A stretch of 64,000 nucleotides of DNA from Eledone cirrhosa (taxonomy: Eukaryota), in NCBI GenBank assembly GCA_964016885.1, contig OZ024743.1, forward strand, positions 238,948,001-239,012,000, read 5' to 3'. Below are positions 28,021 to 42,045 of the stretch, piece after piece. The translations under genes and the position numbers were made by a program. A model generated the notes under the pieces. The model was not told the DNA's origin. It saw only the letters and a list, made by a program, of their open reading frames with translations, and made no database searches. Numbering within the stretch: position 1 is the first letter of the stretch; every line of letters begins with the position of its first letter.

Positions 28021-28271
28021 TCAATGTTGGCAGTAAAAGATAATAGCAACTGCATTAACATCTGATCTGAATCCCTTATAAGTCAGCACCTGCTGACGCT
28101 GCAGTAAATAGTAATAACACTAGAGGTTCTAGGAAGTTCAGAAGAAGTCAAAAGTAAATTTTAACGGCTATTGTAGCATCATTGAATTACTTGCTGCAAT
28201 ATTTCTCTGCACCTGCAGGTTGCAACCTAATATATGACATCTAGGTACTTATTTTCTTCAGGATATATATC

Positions 28272-28338
<67 letters not shown>

Positions 28339-28383
28339 AAATAACAGGAGGCTGGACTGGTGTAATTCCTTAAAAGGTTTATT

Positions 28384-28442
28384 ATACTATGATCATTTCA
28401 ATGAACGGGTTCAGTATGAATCCGGTGACATCATCAGGTATT
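28384..28442 (-). ncRNA. Type I hammerhead motif
   Basis: atac CTGATGA [hairpin] GAAA t gatc a TA gtat. Confidence 0.65.
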
Positions 28443-28585
28443 CGAAATATAACAAATGAATATAATAGACAAAATCTATGGGGCTGAAAAATGAGAGACA
28501 TGAGGGCGACCGAACATTTAGCAGCTTCTACCCCGGTCGGCCGCCCTCAAATGACCAGTTCTATCCAGTGTTGAACCAACAAACC

Positions 28586-28681
<96 letters not shown>

Positions 28682-28699
28682 TATAAATATATATATAGG

Positions 28700-28950
28700 G
28701 AAAAAAGATGAAATCGAAAATGCAACTGGAGTCTTTTTAGGAATATTTATTTAGTTCCTTTATCGGTTTCGCAGTTCTTGTGCTTTTTAAAAGTAGAATT
28801 GAGATGGAGGGTTTGTGGTTTATATATATATAGTTAGGGAACCAGAAATTGCATTTTGTGATCCAGTTCGTGGTTAAGAAAGCCAGTTTCATGGATGGTT
28901 TCAACGTACGGTTAGGGGTAACTCCACAAATTTGTAAGAATTCCGTTCAA
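28700..28950 (-). mobile_element. PLE pseudo-LTR fragment, family of 41430-41770
   Basis: Reverse-complement similarity (agactccagttgcattttcgatttcatc; ccctccatctcaa.tctactt). Confidence 0.75.
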
Positions 28951-28959
28951 TCTAGGAGT

Positions 28960-30431
28960 ATAAAGTATAAAATATAAAGAGAAAACACAGGTAAGCATTA
29001 AGAGAAGGATTTTATCCAGGTATTTACGACCGTTTCATTGGTAAGTGCAACCTTATATTGCTATACTGCAAATAGCAGCCACTCAATCATAATTGTTGTT
29101 CACAGTCCAAATTTTCAAAATAGTGAGTAAGTTGCTCTTGAAATAGTTCTTAATATATAGAGAAAAACATTTTTTTAAAATTGTATCTACTACTATAGAG
29201 AGAGAGGAATTAGAAGGTGATGGGACAAATGGAATAGTACAGAGAGAGGGGAAGGGGTAAGAGTTAGGAAGTAGAGTGACAAACTGAGATGGAGGGAGGG
29301 GAAGAGGTGGAAGGATTCCTTGAGCAGTTTTGATATGTAGACTTCATGTCGTGGAATGTAGTGAGTTAAAGAGAATTAAATTGATCATAGTGGGAGAGAT
29401 GGATAGAGAGAGAGAGGTGGGGGGGGGGGTATAAAGAGATAAATATATATATATAAAATAAAGATAAAGATAATAGTTACAAAAATAAAAGCAAAGAAGG
29501 GGGAGAAAGAAGAAAAGAAAGATAGCCAAAAAGGGGAGGGAAGGAAGGAAGAAAACGTAGAAATAGTAGTGGAATGAAGGAGAAGGGAGGGATATAGGTA
29601 TTGGTTTTTGTGGGTAATTAAAAGGGTTTAGATACAACAAGATGGTATAAAGTCTAAGTATATGCAGTTTGTCAGTTGGTAGTAAGAAGTTAAGAGGTTT
29701 GATTTGCACTTGTGGTGCGAAAACTTCTCTTTGAGTCTACGTGACTTGTTTGATTTCGATGTTGTATTTCTATTTACCGTATACTTTGTAGTTCTATGCG
29801 TAAGTGCGTGTGTGCGTGTGTTTCTGGAGTTTGTGCTATGCGTGTTCGTGTGCGCTTTACGGAGGCTTTTATCTATATATTTTACTCTATCTAAGTGGCC
29901 TGCCTTGTTTAATGCGGTATTGTAGTATTCTGCATGCTCCTCGAAGATTTGTCGGTTAGACGAGAGGCGGGAGATCCTAAGAGATATGCTGCGTGGAATG
30001 GATTAATTATGGATAGTGGGTGGTTTGAGTTACAGTTGATGTATGCTAAGTTTTCATTAATCTTGTGAAAAGGTCTTAAAGTCCCGTATTTAGGTTAAGC
30101 GTCGCGTCTAGAAATTTAACTGGTTTAGTGCTATACTCATACGTTATGCTAAGGCCTAGGTTCCCGAGAGTATTTCCAATATTCTTACGGAGTCTTTCTA
30201 TGCTCTGGTTATTTAGGTTCTTAACTAGGAGAAGGGCGTCGTCTCTGTAGATTCCAGCGTGAAGTTCGCTAAACTCACTATTTTGAAAATTTGGACTGTG
30301 AACAACAATTATAATTGAGTGGCTGCTATTTGCAGTATAGCAATATAAGGTTGCACTTACCAATGAAACGGTCGTAAATACCTGGATAAAATCCTTCTCT
30401 TAATGCTTACCTGTGTTTTCTCTTTATATTT

Positions 30432-30440
<9 letters not shown>
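28960..30440 (-). mobile_element. 5'-truncated PLE: RT fragment (29870-30270), 3' UTR, inverted pseudo-LTRs (28960-29127 / 30272-30440)
   Basis: GIYRDDAL...GLSIT...VKFLDATLNL...YINCNSNHP..II..IP.SI..RIS.LSSN...F...A.YYN.AL. Confidence 0.9.
30279..30380 (+). ncRNA. Hammerhead with U3-A8 core (minus copy 29021-29122)
   Basis: tatt TTGAAAA t ttgg...ccaa t GAAA c ggtc g TA aata. Confidence 0.65.
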
Positions 30441-30477
<37 letters not shown>

Positions 30478-30526
30478 TTCGTTTCTGAATTTGTTTAGCA
30501 AGATTCTTTATCTGAAATCGTGTGTT

Positions 30527-30990
30527 GAAACCGATATTGTTATACTTTGGGAGGGTCATGTTGCCAATAAGAAACACACGCACCAGTTGCTTTCACTTCA
30601 ATTTATTATAATAAATTTATAATAAATTTATAAATTTATAAATTTCTGGTTGGTTTGTTCGTTCCACAACCAGATAGTTGTTTATATATAGTCATAGTTC
30701 TTTCGTCACACACTCTGTGACCTCTTTTGTTTCAAAATGGCGTAGGACAGAACAAAGGAGAGGCACAGAAACAAAGAAAGGAATCCCCAGTCACTGAAGA
30801 GGTCACGGAGTGTGTGACGAAAGAACTATGACTATATATAAACAACTATCTGGTTGTGGAACCAACCAACCAACCAGAAATTTATAAATTTATAAATTTA
30901 TTATAAATTTATTATAATAAATTGAAGTGAAAGTAACTGGTGCGTGTGTTTCTTATTGGCAACATGACCCTCCCAAAGTATAACAATATA
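30527..30990. mobile_element. Pseudo-LTR foldback (arms ~30527-30727 / 30797-30990)
   Basis: ~195-bp near-perfect inverted repeat ending in (TA)n. Confidence 0.9.
30789..30833 (+). ncRNA. Minimal type I hammerhead
   Basis: agtca CTGAAGA g gtcac ggagtgt gtgac GAAA g aa c TA tgact. Confidence 0.8.
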
Positions 30991-31009
30991 TATATATATA
31001 TATATATAT

Positions 31010-31740
31010 AATGTTATACTTGGGAATGGTCATGTTCGCAATAAGAAACACACGCACCAGTGCTTTCACTACAATTTATTATAAATTAAATTTATAAATT
31101 TAAGAAATTTATAAATTTCCGGTTGGTTGTTTGATTCCACAACCGGACGGTTATTCATATATTGCCAGGCCTGGAACAATGACGTGCCAGCGTTGTCTGG
31201 GCTTCGAATAGACCATAAGATGAACAGTGACCCAGTCACAGGCTCACCAACACGGCCACTCTGTGGAGCTAACATTGCTAGTAACTACAGACTTTCCTAC
31301 TTCCTCTCCCTGATCGTACGCCTCATCATTGAAATGTCCCCGGATACATGTGACAGCACGGAGGACCTCCTCAGTAGAATCAGCGAAAATAACCGATCTA
31401 AGGACCTAACAGACTGTATAATAGGTAGTATGGACGTAGTGTCCCTATACCCATCCATTAACGTGGATTCTGCTGTGGAGAAATGCGTAGAAATGATCAG
31501 TGAGAGCAATGTTGAATTCCGTGGGATTGATACCAGTGAGCTGGGACTCCTACTTAAACTTACATATAATAATGATTATCTAGATACGTATGACCTTAGC
31601 AACCTCTACACCATAAGGCCAGCAAGAGGCAGACCACCTATCATTACCTCAATGGCCAAGAAAACCCACACAGATAGATGGAATGGCTGGACCAGAGCCA
31701 TACGGACCCCCGAAAACCATGATGTACTAAAGAAAATAAA
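31010..31740 (+). pseudogene. PLE reverse transcriptase N-terminal fragment preceded by inverted pseudo-LTR piece (31010-31165)
   Basis: DHK...G.PTRPLCGA...LS.FLS...CDSTEDLL...IIGSMDVVSLYPSI. Confidence 0.8.
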
Positions 31741-32014
31741 TACACCCCAGTTAACACACACATATGTACACACCCACAGCCAAACACATACACCCACCCC
31801 ACACACACAACCAACCTAAACACCACATCTACACACCCACGCACCTCATATACCATAAACACATACACCACGCATACATATACTTCCTTACAAACCAAAC
31901 ACACATACGCGCACATACAGCAGGTAGAAGAAGATGAAGCTATGGAATGTAATCGTCTAAGTGAAGTATTTAATCAATGAGCGCACACAGCGACCCCACA
32001 GCAGGAGGTTAGAA

Positions 32015-32112
32015 CAATAGATAATGACACTTGCTCAAGATGACATGCAGCGGGATCGAACCCGGATATGAGGATTGCTAATCAGCCTCCTTAACCATTG
32101 GCTTATGCTTTC
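32015..32112 (-). mobile_element. Old tRNA-headed SINE fragment
   Basis: aagccaatggttaagg (box A), gggttcgatcccg (box B), cttgagcaagtgtc. Confidence 0.65.
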
Positions 32113-32289
32113 TCCAAGAAACTCAAATATACAACGTAAAGAAAATATGGAAGTTATTTTCGTGATTATACAGGTATACACACATACACACACGAACACA
32201 TATACACATAGCTACATGCGTCACATGCATACATGCACACATACATGTACATGCACGTGCATATACACACGTGTACACATACGAATATA

Positions 32290-32530
32290 CACACGCGCAC
32301 ATAAACACACATGCACACACATACACACACGCATATGCACACACACACGCATATGCACACAGACGAATACATGCACACGCATATGTACACATACGAATAC
32401 ATACTCACGCATTATGTACACATACGAATACATACACACGCATTATGTACACATACGAATACATATACACGCATATGTACACATGCAAATACATACACAT
32501 GTAAATACATACACACGCATTTGCGCACAC
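32290..32530. repeat. ~30-bp minisatellite (tatgtacacatacgaatacatacacacgcat)
   Basis: Several tandem variants visible. Confidence 0.7.
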
Positions 32531-32901
32531 ACGTACACACAGAGACGGCAAATAAATACAGTAGACATCTCAACTCATCTAAAATCGAGATATTTTTTAA
32601 TGAAAGTGCTGAATGAATAATTAAAAATTGATTAGACATGTGACAACAACATATATATGAAGGAAATAGAACAAAATGAAGGAATATCGAATACACACAC
32701 ACATACTACCCACACAACCTGAATGAAGGACATGTACTGATGATACGATATTTTCGGATACACCCCATCAGCCGGGAGGTAATATGGCCGAAATTTAATG
32801 ATACAGTTGTAAATATATATACTGTACATCCATGACACTTTCGATTAATATATATATAGCAAACGGAACAAGCGAAAGGGATTGACGAAGGCATCATATA
32901 T

Positions 32902-33064
<163 letters not shown>

Positions 33065-33309
33065 CATGCGTGTGTGTGTGTCTATATCAAGGTAAATTGG
33101 CGGAATCGTCAGAACGTTGGATAGAATGATTTGCAGTATTCTTTCCGACTCTATAATGTATGAGTTCAAATCCCTCTATTTATGGTTGATAAAAAAGATT
33201 CAGTCTAGTATTGGGCTCAGTTCTTCATGTATACCTCTTTCTAACTTTCTTTCTTTCACTCTCTATTCTTCTCTGAAAAAAATCTGCTGCTTTCAGGAAT
33301 TGTTGTTGG

Positions 33310-34172
33310 CAGCTGTGGCTTCTCTGCTCTCCTTCCATCGCACCACCAACTGGTTAAGTTCCATTTTCATTGGTGACGAAAAATGGTGTCTCTACATTAA
33401 CAGTCCAGAGTTGATAAAGAGAGTACGCCACAACGACAAGGAAATGCAAGCCCCCACCCTAGCATGGCCCTACCGAGTGTCTGCTGGAATTGGAAAGGTG
33501 TCATCCACTACGAGCTGCTCCCACCGAACAACAGCATAAATTCTGACATCTATTGCCTGACTGATTAACAGCGAAAATCGTGCAGGTGTGTCCACACCAT
33601 GGCCCTGTTCCATTCTTTCATGATAATGCTTGGCTGCATACTTCAAGGATGAACTGTGAATAGGTGCTGTAGCTAGTAGGAAGTTTCTACCTCACCCGCC
33701 GTATTCGACTGTCCTCGTACCTACAGGCTACCACCTTGTTCTCTCAATGAGGAATGTAATGCAGTCAAAGACCTTTGCCAACTAAGACCAGTTAAATCAG
33801 TGGCTGACAGTTTTTTTGCATTGAAGCCAAAAGAGTGCCTCGGGGAGGGAATCGTGTGCCTTCCTTACCGATGGCAGACGGTAATCGCAAATAATTGTTT
33901 CTACTTTTGGCACAAGGCCAGCTATTACCCCAATGTATTACTGATACTTTATTTTATCGACCCCGTAAGGATGAAAGGCAAAGTTGACCTCGGCGGGATT
34001 TGAACTCAGAATGGCAAGGGCCGTAACTCAATGCGTCAAAGCATGGCGTCCTACCCTCTACCGATATTGCCAATCCACTGCCCTTGGGTAAACGCAAATA
34101 ATGGCAATTATTCTGGCTTGTAAAATTTCCCGAATGTTAGAAAACGAGGAGAAATTTCAGACTAACCTAATA
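33310..34172 (+). mobile_element. Degenerate mariner (Tc1/mariner) transposon 3' half with right TIR; interrupted by SINE
   Basis: GDEKWCLYIN; WNWKGVIHYELLP; HDNA; PHPPYS..L.PT.YHL; FFA.KP...GI..LP.RWQ.VI; end ttcagactaacctaata-TA. Confidence 0.9.
33896..34086 (-). mobile_element. Full-length SINE with 16-bp TSD
   Basis: ggtaa(t/a)cgcaaataat at 33880-33895 and 34087-34102. Confidence 0.92.
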
Positions 34173-35385
34173 TATAGTCCAAATTGCTTTAACTTGGGCT
34201 ACTAAAGCCTGTAAACTGCTCGAATGGCCAAAAATTGTGTGTGCATGTGTAATGTTTAATTTACAAAAATGAATAGTACTCAGTACATTAAAGTAAATAG
34301 CAATTGGGAGGTGATTACTTAGTTTTCCTGTATATTGTTGATCCCGTAATTAGATTCGATATTTTACCAGTGTTTATAACATAGATTATTTACTAGTGGT
34401 CAGTCATCGCAGAGAAAATGGCTGAAATGAAAATTAATAAGAGCATATATAAATACACACACACATATATATACGCACCGAACCGCACACATGTATGTTT
34501 CATTAGCGAAAGAAAAAGCATGGAGATGCGGTTGATACCATCTGCCAAATACAAGGTAAGACCACATCGCATCACCAGCAAGACAAACATACAAGCACGT
34601 ATAAATACAGAGAAACACAGAAATACGGACAAACACACGAAAAAAACCCACAAGAATAAACAAACAAAAAAAAAAACAGGCGGTCACATACAAATACAAA
34701 CAAAAACACGCACAGGCCTGCACAATATTTATTGGTGTTAGTTTTTGACATGAATGTAAGGAAATCTGGATTTCTCATAATTCATGCAAGCCTCTCTACA
34801 TCTAGATTTTCGTAGCATTTAAAATGTGTGTGTGTGTGTGTGTGTGCCTGTTTGCATGCACGTTACATTAAAGAAATGACTGTGTCGGAGATTAACAGCC
34901 CGTCTCATAAAGGAGCCCCGCGTGGTGGGGTGGCTTCTGCAGCGTGTGTCACTGGCCATTGTCCGCGGGGCGCAGCCGAAACACCACTCTGACCTAGGGG
35001 TGGAATCGACCTAGAGATAGAGACTGTCATTCTTTCCTTTCACCCCTTTTTTTCTTCCATTATCTAGTAGTCCGTGCTCTTCCCCTCCTTTTCCTTTTAT
35101 TTATGGCATTTGTAGTCCTTACTATTACTGCTTTCTTCTCCTGTACGTGAAATACAATATTGGAACTTTTTATTAAGGATTTCCGTATTACGTCTTTCAT
35201 ATATAGTGTGGACTAACGTGTTCCCAATTAAATGTTTCAAGATCTTCTCCGCTTCATCATTACAGTAAAATTATGCTAATGATTATATGTTGCTCCTACG
35301 CTTTGCAGTCGGTCGCAACTTGCCACAAGAATACTGTTATCTATATAATACTAAAAGGATGTGTGTGTATTTATGAGCAGGCACC

Positions 35386-35469
<84 letters not shown>

Positions 35470-36092
35470 TTTATATAAATACATACACACAAGTATATAT
35501 ATAGGCGTTCCAGTTTCATTTCACATTATATACATGTCCGTGTATATTTTAATTATGTAGAAATTAGTTTTAAGTGAACATGATTTAAAAAAAATATTTT
35601 GAAGTGAATATGACCCAACGGTCACGGGTGGTCTAATAACTGATAAAATCAAACGCCCGGTTTAAAAATTATTCAATGGTTCGTCTCTGGTATATGTGTC
35701 ACGATTTAGTGTTAAATTTGTATACTGGGATAAATAGTCTGTCTCTGACAGACATTGCTTAATTTTCTTTTTCTCTTTTCCTCTTTTCCTCTTTTTCTCT
35801 TTTTCTCTTTTTCTCTTTTCCTCTTTTTCTCTTTTTCTCTTTTTCCTCTTTCCCTTTCACTTTTATGTTTCATTTAAATATTATTTTTGTGTCTAACTTT
35901 ACAATGTAATCTTTTCCATATATAAATATAATGTACCTCATATAAAGCGAAAACATGCATATTAATAAAGTATTCAGAAATGCTCTTATACTTTGTGGAA
36001 TTCTATATACATGTGTAGTGATCAACTATTATTATAGTCATTTAGTTATTTGCATTACGACGCACGATAATTATCTATCTATCAATCAATCA

Positions 36093-36136
<44 letters not shown>

Positions 36137-36295
36137 CTCTATCTCTCTCTCTATATATATATATATATAAAAAGTATGACCCCGACGGCAGAGCTCAAGC
36201 CGTTTTGACGGCTATTTCAGGACTCTACTACCCTAAGTATTGAGTACTCTGGTGCGTTATGGTCCATCTGGTTCCTTACCACAATTCCTTTGTTT

Positions 36296-36326
<31 letters not shown>

Positions 36327-36654
36327 GAAGAGAGAGAGAGAATGGGTGGGGTGGGGTAGGTGGGGGACTCTTAAATAATGTCAACCTCTCTAGTATTGGA
36401 GGCACAAATATATATAGTATAAAGAGTCTGGACAGACGGCTCAACGAGCTGTTGGAACGGCAAGAACTCAACTGTCGTGTCCCGCTTCTTTATAATGTAG
36501 CCATACTCAACTACTCTAATTATCGAGTACTCTATTGAGTAATGGTCTAGCTAGATTTAAACTGTTTCTATCCAGATTTATAAATATATATATATATATA
36601 TAAATTAATAAAAATAATGAATAAACAAAGAAACAGTTCCTTATATTAAAAAAT

Positions 36655-36794
36655 TCATCATTTTACGATCGTTTCTAGGATATATATGTTAGTGTTGGTA
36701 TGCATAACCTATAGATCTATGTAAATTTTTTACAAACTATCAGAAGGAATATACATACCTACACATATATATATGCTGTCTTCAGAAATAATGA
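36655..36794 (-). ncRNA. Type I hammerhead at 3' end of PLE
   Basis: tcattattt CTGAAGA [long stem II] GAAA c gatc g TA aaatgatga; 9-bp stem I. Confidence 0.8.
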
Positions 36795-37752
36795 TACTTG
36801 TTTATTGAAAAAAACCAACAAAGATTTAATACAATAGGTCTGTTTGGGAACAGGTTTTGAATTGACCAATAGAAAGATAGTGAAGATCAAGATGGTAAAA
36901 TAGTAGTTAAAGAACCTTAATTTAGGGGTAGAGGAAGGTAGATTTCAGTTTTGGATGGAAAGAATATTATGAATGAAAGATTATTTTAGGGATGAAAATA
37001 GGTCATATGCAGTCTTCAGAAATAATTATATTTGTTCATTGAATAAAATCAACAAAGATTTAATATAATAGATCTGTTTGGGAACAGGTTTTGAATTGAC
37101 CAATAGAAAGGTAATAACTGGCTAAATGGTAAAATAGTAGTAATGGAACTTTAATTTAGGGGTAGAAGAAGGCAGATTTCAGTTTTGAATGGAAGGAGTA
37201 TGAAGAATGAAAAGGTTATTTTAGGGGTGAAAATAGGTCAGGTCGGTAAAAGGTACACGAAAAATTGCTGTTATAAAAGAATAATGCCAATGTAAATATC
37301 TAAGGAGACTAAAATTTTACGATAAAAGTGTTAGTGGAAAAATATATATATGGAATTTACATCTATGAAAAGAAAGTAAATTAATTAAATTGATAGGTAT
37401 ATTTATATTGATAAAATTATATTAATGCATATAGATATGATAAATAAGAGTTAGATGTAATTGAAGAGTGCTGTTAAAGACGAGGGGAAATAAAAAAAAT
37501 ATATATATATAATTATTGTGAAGGGGGGAGGGTAAATTTATTAGTGAGAAATAACAAATATATAGAGATTACAAGGAACAGAATCATAACCTGAAATTAA
37601 AACAGTATATATGTATACTTAATGGTATCAATTTTAGGAAAAGATAGTTGTAAAAAGGAAAATAAAATTATGCAGTTCATTAGTAGTAGAATATTAATTA
37701 TAAGTTAACTAAATTTAAAAAAATGTTATTATAATAATTTCTAAAGTGTATA

Positions 37753-38400
37753 TTAATTGGGTTTATAATATTTAAAGGTTTTTCTCAGTTTATGATTACA
37801 CGATATTATTAGTTCCTGTCGCTTATTTAATAGGATATCCTTAGATTTCATTATTTCAAAAAGTTCTTGGGAACACGATCTACATTCATATCTATTATTT
37901 TGATAAGGGGTGGCCCTTTTGAGCACACTCCAGGTCAGGTCATAATCTATATTCCTCTTTCTATAATTATTAATTATTTCAGCTAAATATGTTGTATTAG
38001 CTAATCCGGCATTTTTAAAACTGTGTTTGTGGGTATTAAATCTTACTTTAAATTGGTTAGAGGTAGCTCCTATATATGAATAAATTGAGTCCTTAGTGTT
38101 AACTTTACATTTATATACTATGTTATTAACAAGGCAATTTCCTTTTAATGGGCAATTTGCTTTGTTTCTACAGTTACAACTTTTCGTGAATCCTGTAGCA
38201 GAGGAGATATTATGGTTAGTTTGATGTATTGGTGGTATACTCATGGTTTTTTTACATTTATATGCATTATAGGCACTTATATTTTGTTTTATGTTTTTGG
38301 TTATTGAGTAGGATAATTTAACCGTTGATCTATTTAAAATTTGATGGTATTTGTGGTTTGGCGGGAAGTTCTTCTCTAGGATATTAAACATTTTTTTATA
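37753..38400 (-). CDS. PLE GIY-YIG endonuclease domain (uninterrupted C-terminal ORF fragment)
   Basis: FPPNHKYHQILNRSTVKLSYS...CNCRNKANCPLKGNCL..NIVYKCKV...YIGATSNQFKVRF..HKHSF...C..C..E...LLNKRQEL..SCNH. Confidence 0.9.
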   Translation of the reverse strand, partial: YKKMFNILEKNFPPNHKYHQILNRSTVKLSYSITKNIKQNISAYNAYKCKKTMSIPPIHQTNHNISSATGFTKSCNCRNKANCPLKGNCLVNNIVYKCKVNTKDSIYSYIGATSNQFKVRFNTHKHSFKNAGLANTTYLAEIINNYRKRNIDYDLTWSVLKRATPYQNNRYECRSCSQELFEIMKSKDILLNKRQELIISCNHKLRKTFKYYKPN

Positions 38401-39248
38401 TATTATAATTGAATATGAAAGAAAAAGAAAAACGAACACAGATGTATACATATATGTGTTCAAATCGCAAGGGATCAGATTCGCTTAGGTGAAAAGAATA
38501 CTAACTATAGACAATAGGGTTTGCCTGTCTCAATTTAAGAAAAAATCAAGAAAATATATACAAACCGGAATTGTGGTACCTACCAATCACCCAGACAGTT
38601 TGGTGCTGTTTCGCAATACTAATTAATTGTGAATAGAAATACCAATTCTTGCTCATCAGTGGGTGACAAATTAGTATCCTAGACACTTCTAAGTATATTA
38701 AGACACTGAATAGTGTGCTATATATAATAACGCACATGGTATCTTAGCGTGTCTCACAAACTTACAGCACTAAAAATAGCAACTAGCTATTTTATTGTAA
38801 GAGACTATTTTGAATTCCTAACTCAATATATACCTTTGATATACTATATTGCTATATAATGGATGATCGGATTTAAAGATCGTTAAAGGTTCTTGGCACT
38901 ACCATAGTTACCATCGCTTTCCTCTAGCCATGGGGCTTGTAGACATGAACCGAATGCTACCATTCTATTTTATATCAATGTGAACTGATATTTCTAATGG
39001 CCATCTTTTCACCCCTTGATAAGTTGTGTGTGAGACACGTTGGCTGAGAGTTTCTGACAGGAACGAAAAAATTGATTCCTTTTAGCTTCCCGTCCCCACG
39101 TAAAATTAGTAAATCAGTGGCTGGTTGAGAGATAGAGTCCTATCGGGTGCCAGTTGCTTTACCGTGTCAGTCGCCACAAACAGTCATGGCCGGCATTGAC
39201 TGGTCTTAGGATTCTGTTGTCGATCGATTGGTTATTGATTAGGCGAAA

Positions 39249-39358
39249 CCCGCTGATGAAGCCGCATAAGCCGATTGTGCATTGTGGCATAATATATGCA
39301 GACAGATGGTGCAGTGCACCTTACTGATGCATTAGTGCGGCAGAAACTCGAATCCGGG
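39249..39358 (+). ncRNA. Type I hammerhead (paralog of 26343-26452)
   Basis: cccg CTGATGA a gccgca ... tgcggc a GAAA c tcga a TC cggg. Confidence 0.75.
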
Positions 39359-39504
39359 AACCTTATAGGCACCCGTTTAAACGTGTGTTGTGTTGAAGCA
39401 AATAACTTTGTGCATACTCTGGGAATGTGTCTTACATTGCCCATGAAGTGCGCTGAGATACAACCGGTACTGGCATTGATAAATATGCTGGGTCCGTCAA
39501 CCCT

Positions 39505-39565
<61 letters not shown>

Positions 39566-39569
39566 AATA

Positions 39570-40846
39570 TTTATCAGAGAATTGGAAATGCTACTTGGAT
39601 GATTGTCTCATTCTTTGGTCCCACACACTCGACCAACTGAATGATTTTAAAAACTTGATAAACAGCATCAATAACCACATCCAATTCACAATGGAATACA
39701 GCCAAGATCCACTCCCATTTCTGGTCATCTTAATCTTAAAAAAAGACACAAATATTGAAACTGACATACCTACAAACCAACAGATTCCAAACAATACCTG
39801 CTATTCACCTCAAACCATCCAAAGCACACGAAGACGAACATTCCTTTTAACCTAGCAAGAAGAATTTGCACTATTGTCTCCAATTATGAAACGCGAAATA
39901 AAAGACTTCAAGAATTGAAGGAAATTCTACCCGAAAGACAGTACCCACCATTACTAATAAATAATGGAATAGAAAAGGCTAAAGCAATAGGCATTGATGA
40001 ATTACGAAAACAGAAACAAATTCAAGGTACGTCCAATATTTTATCATATATCTCAACACACAACCCAAGAAATGCGGAAGCTTACAACACTATTCACAAG
40101 AACATCCCACTACTGAAACAAGACCCAAGAATGAAAAAAAGCCCTTGAAACACACAAAATATTCAAAAGCAAAAGACAACCGAAATCACTGAAAACATTA
40201 CACACCAATGCCAAATTACCTACCACAAACCCACAACCAACTGTCAAAAAATGTGGTCGCTCTAATTGTCGAACCTGCACTCACCATATTGAAGGCAACA
40301 CGTATACATTTAAATCAGGACAAAATTTTGCTGTAAAAAATCACTTCACTTGCTCATCAAAAAATCTGCTTTATGCCATTAAATGTAAAGGATGCAATGA
40401 AGATTATATAGGATAAACTAAACTCACACTCAGAAACAGAATGACAGTTCATCGCCAATAATTTCGAGATCCAACCACGAGACAGATACCACTAAGCGCA
40501 TATCTAGACATATGCGCAAGTAATAAGACCCAAATTCCAAGTCTTCCCATTTTACCTTTGACAATACAACAGAACAAATAAATAACGAATAAATAAGGAA
40601 AATATGTTTATTCAAAAATATAGACCAGCATTAAATATGGTTTAATATACATTATGTCAACACCATAACATGCTAACCATCCAAACAGACACATACACAC
40701 ACACATAACACCTTCTACTTTAGAAAATAAAACCCGAACTAAATAAACATTAACATACGTTTGCGCTGACAATACAACAGAACAAATACGAATAAGTAAG
40801 GAAAATATGTTCATTCAAAAATATTCCTACTAACGGAATCATTTTC

Positions 40847-40891
<45 letters not shown>

Positions 40892-41795
40892 ATATATTCT
40901 CTTCATCTTAACATGCTAACCATACTCCCACACAAACATAACACCCATACACACACAACTCCCTCCCCCATTTCTACTAATAGAATCACTTTCCGACACA
41001 CATACACACACATAACACCCATACACACACACACACACAACTCCCTCCCCAATTTCTACTAATAGAATCATCTTCCTATACACACACCCACACACACATA
41101 CACAAGCACACAAATAAACATACATATCTCTACTTTCTTTATTTCAATAGAAAATCTGAATTCTGACACCCCAGCGAACCAATCATATTCACTGAACCAG
41201 AATAATTCTCCCATCCCATTTCTCTTGACCATTATCCTTTTGTCATAAAATTCTCTAAAAGGCTACAAAATAAATTCCCAAATACGGGCGCAAAATTTAA
41301 TGAACTTGTTCACGTGACAGGCATAATTTCATTCATAACCAATCAAATTACATTTATAAAAAAAAAGCCTTCGTGAGCCCCTTTTTTAAGTAAAAAGAAA
41401 TTCAAACACTCATTAATGAAAAAACAACCTGAGCCCACCCCCTTGTTTGAAGAACTTTGTAACGCGAACTGGCCCGAAATATATTATACTTATTGACCAA
41501 CCAATCAAATTACTTCTTTAAAAACCTGGCGTTTCGAGCCACTTTTTTCCATATAAAAACAAGTAACATTCAAAGACCAACCAGATGTGAGAAAAACCAT
41601 AGACCCTCCATCTCAACTCTACTTTTGAAAAGCAGAAGAACTGCGAAACGTTAAAGGAACCAAATAAATATATATATTTTTTGTTAAATAAGACTCCAGT
41701 TGCATTTTCGATTTCATCTTTTTTTCTTTATACTTTCACTCGTGTAGGACACCTCGGTTAATTTTCATTTTGTAAAAAAAACCTCACTTTCTAAT
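39570..41795 (+). mobile_element. 5'-truncated PLE (Neptune-like): RT C-terminus, Cys motif, GIY-YIG, long 3' UTR
   Basis: YLDDCLILW..IQFTME..LPFL..YKPTDSKQYL..SNHPKH..NIPFNLARRICTI; KCGRSNCRTC; TCSSKNLLYAIKC..C.EDYIG*T..L..RM..H. Confidence 0.92.
41621..41657 (+). ncRNA. Hammerhead-like motif with U3-A8 core, degraded stem III
   Basis: ctt TTGAAAA gcag aagaa ctgc GAAA cgt TA aag. Confidence 0.5.
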
Positions 41796-41815
41796 ATATA
41801 TATATATGTACATAT

Positions 41816-41899
<84 letters not shown>

Positions 41900-42045
41900 A
41901 TATATATAGAGATATATGTTTATATATATAGATATATGTTTATATATATATATATATATGTTTATATATATATATATAAGTATGCATACGTACACACATA
42001 TTACCCCCCCCCCCCACATATATATATATATATATATATATATAC

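Larger units (their letters stand above)
36600..38463 (-). mobile_element. 5'-truncated PLE: GIY-YIG ORF plus 3' UTR with ~233-bp tandem duplication (36772-37005 / 37007-37240)
   Basis: ORF 37753-38463 and downstream hammerhead on the same strand; (TA)n end. Confidence 0.88.

Noticed and set aside
32735-32780. Overlapping hammerhead-like words on both strands
   Set aside because: Core (CTGATGG) and stems imperfect; not supportable
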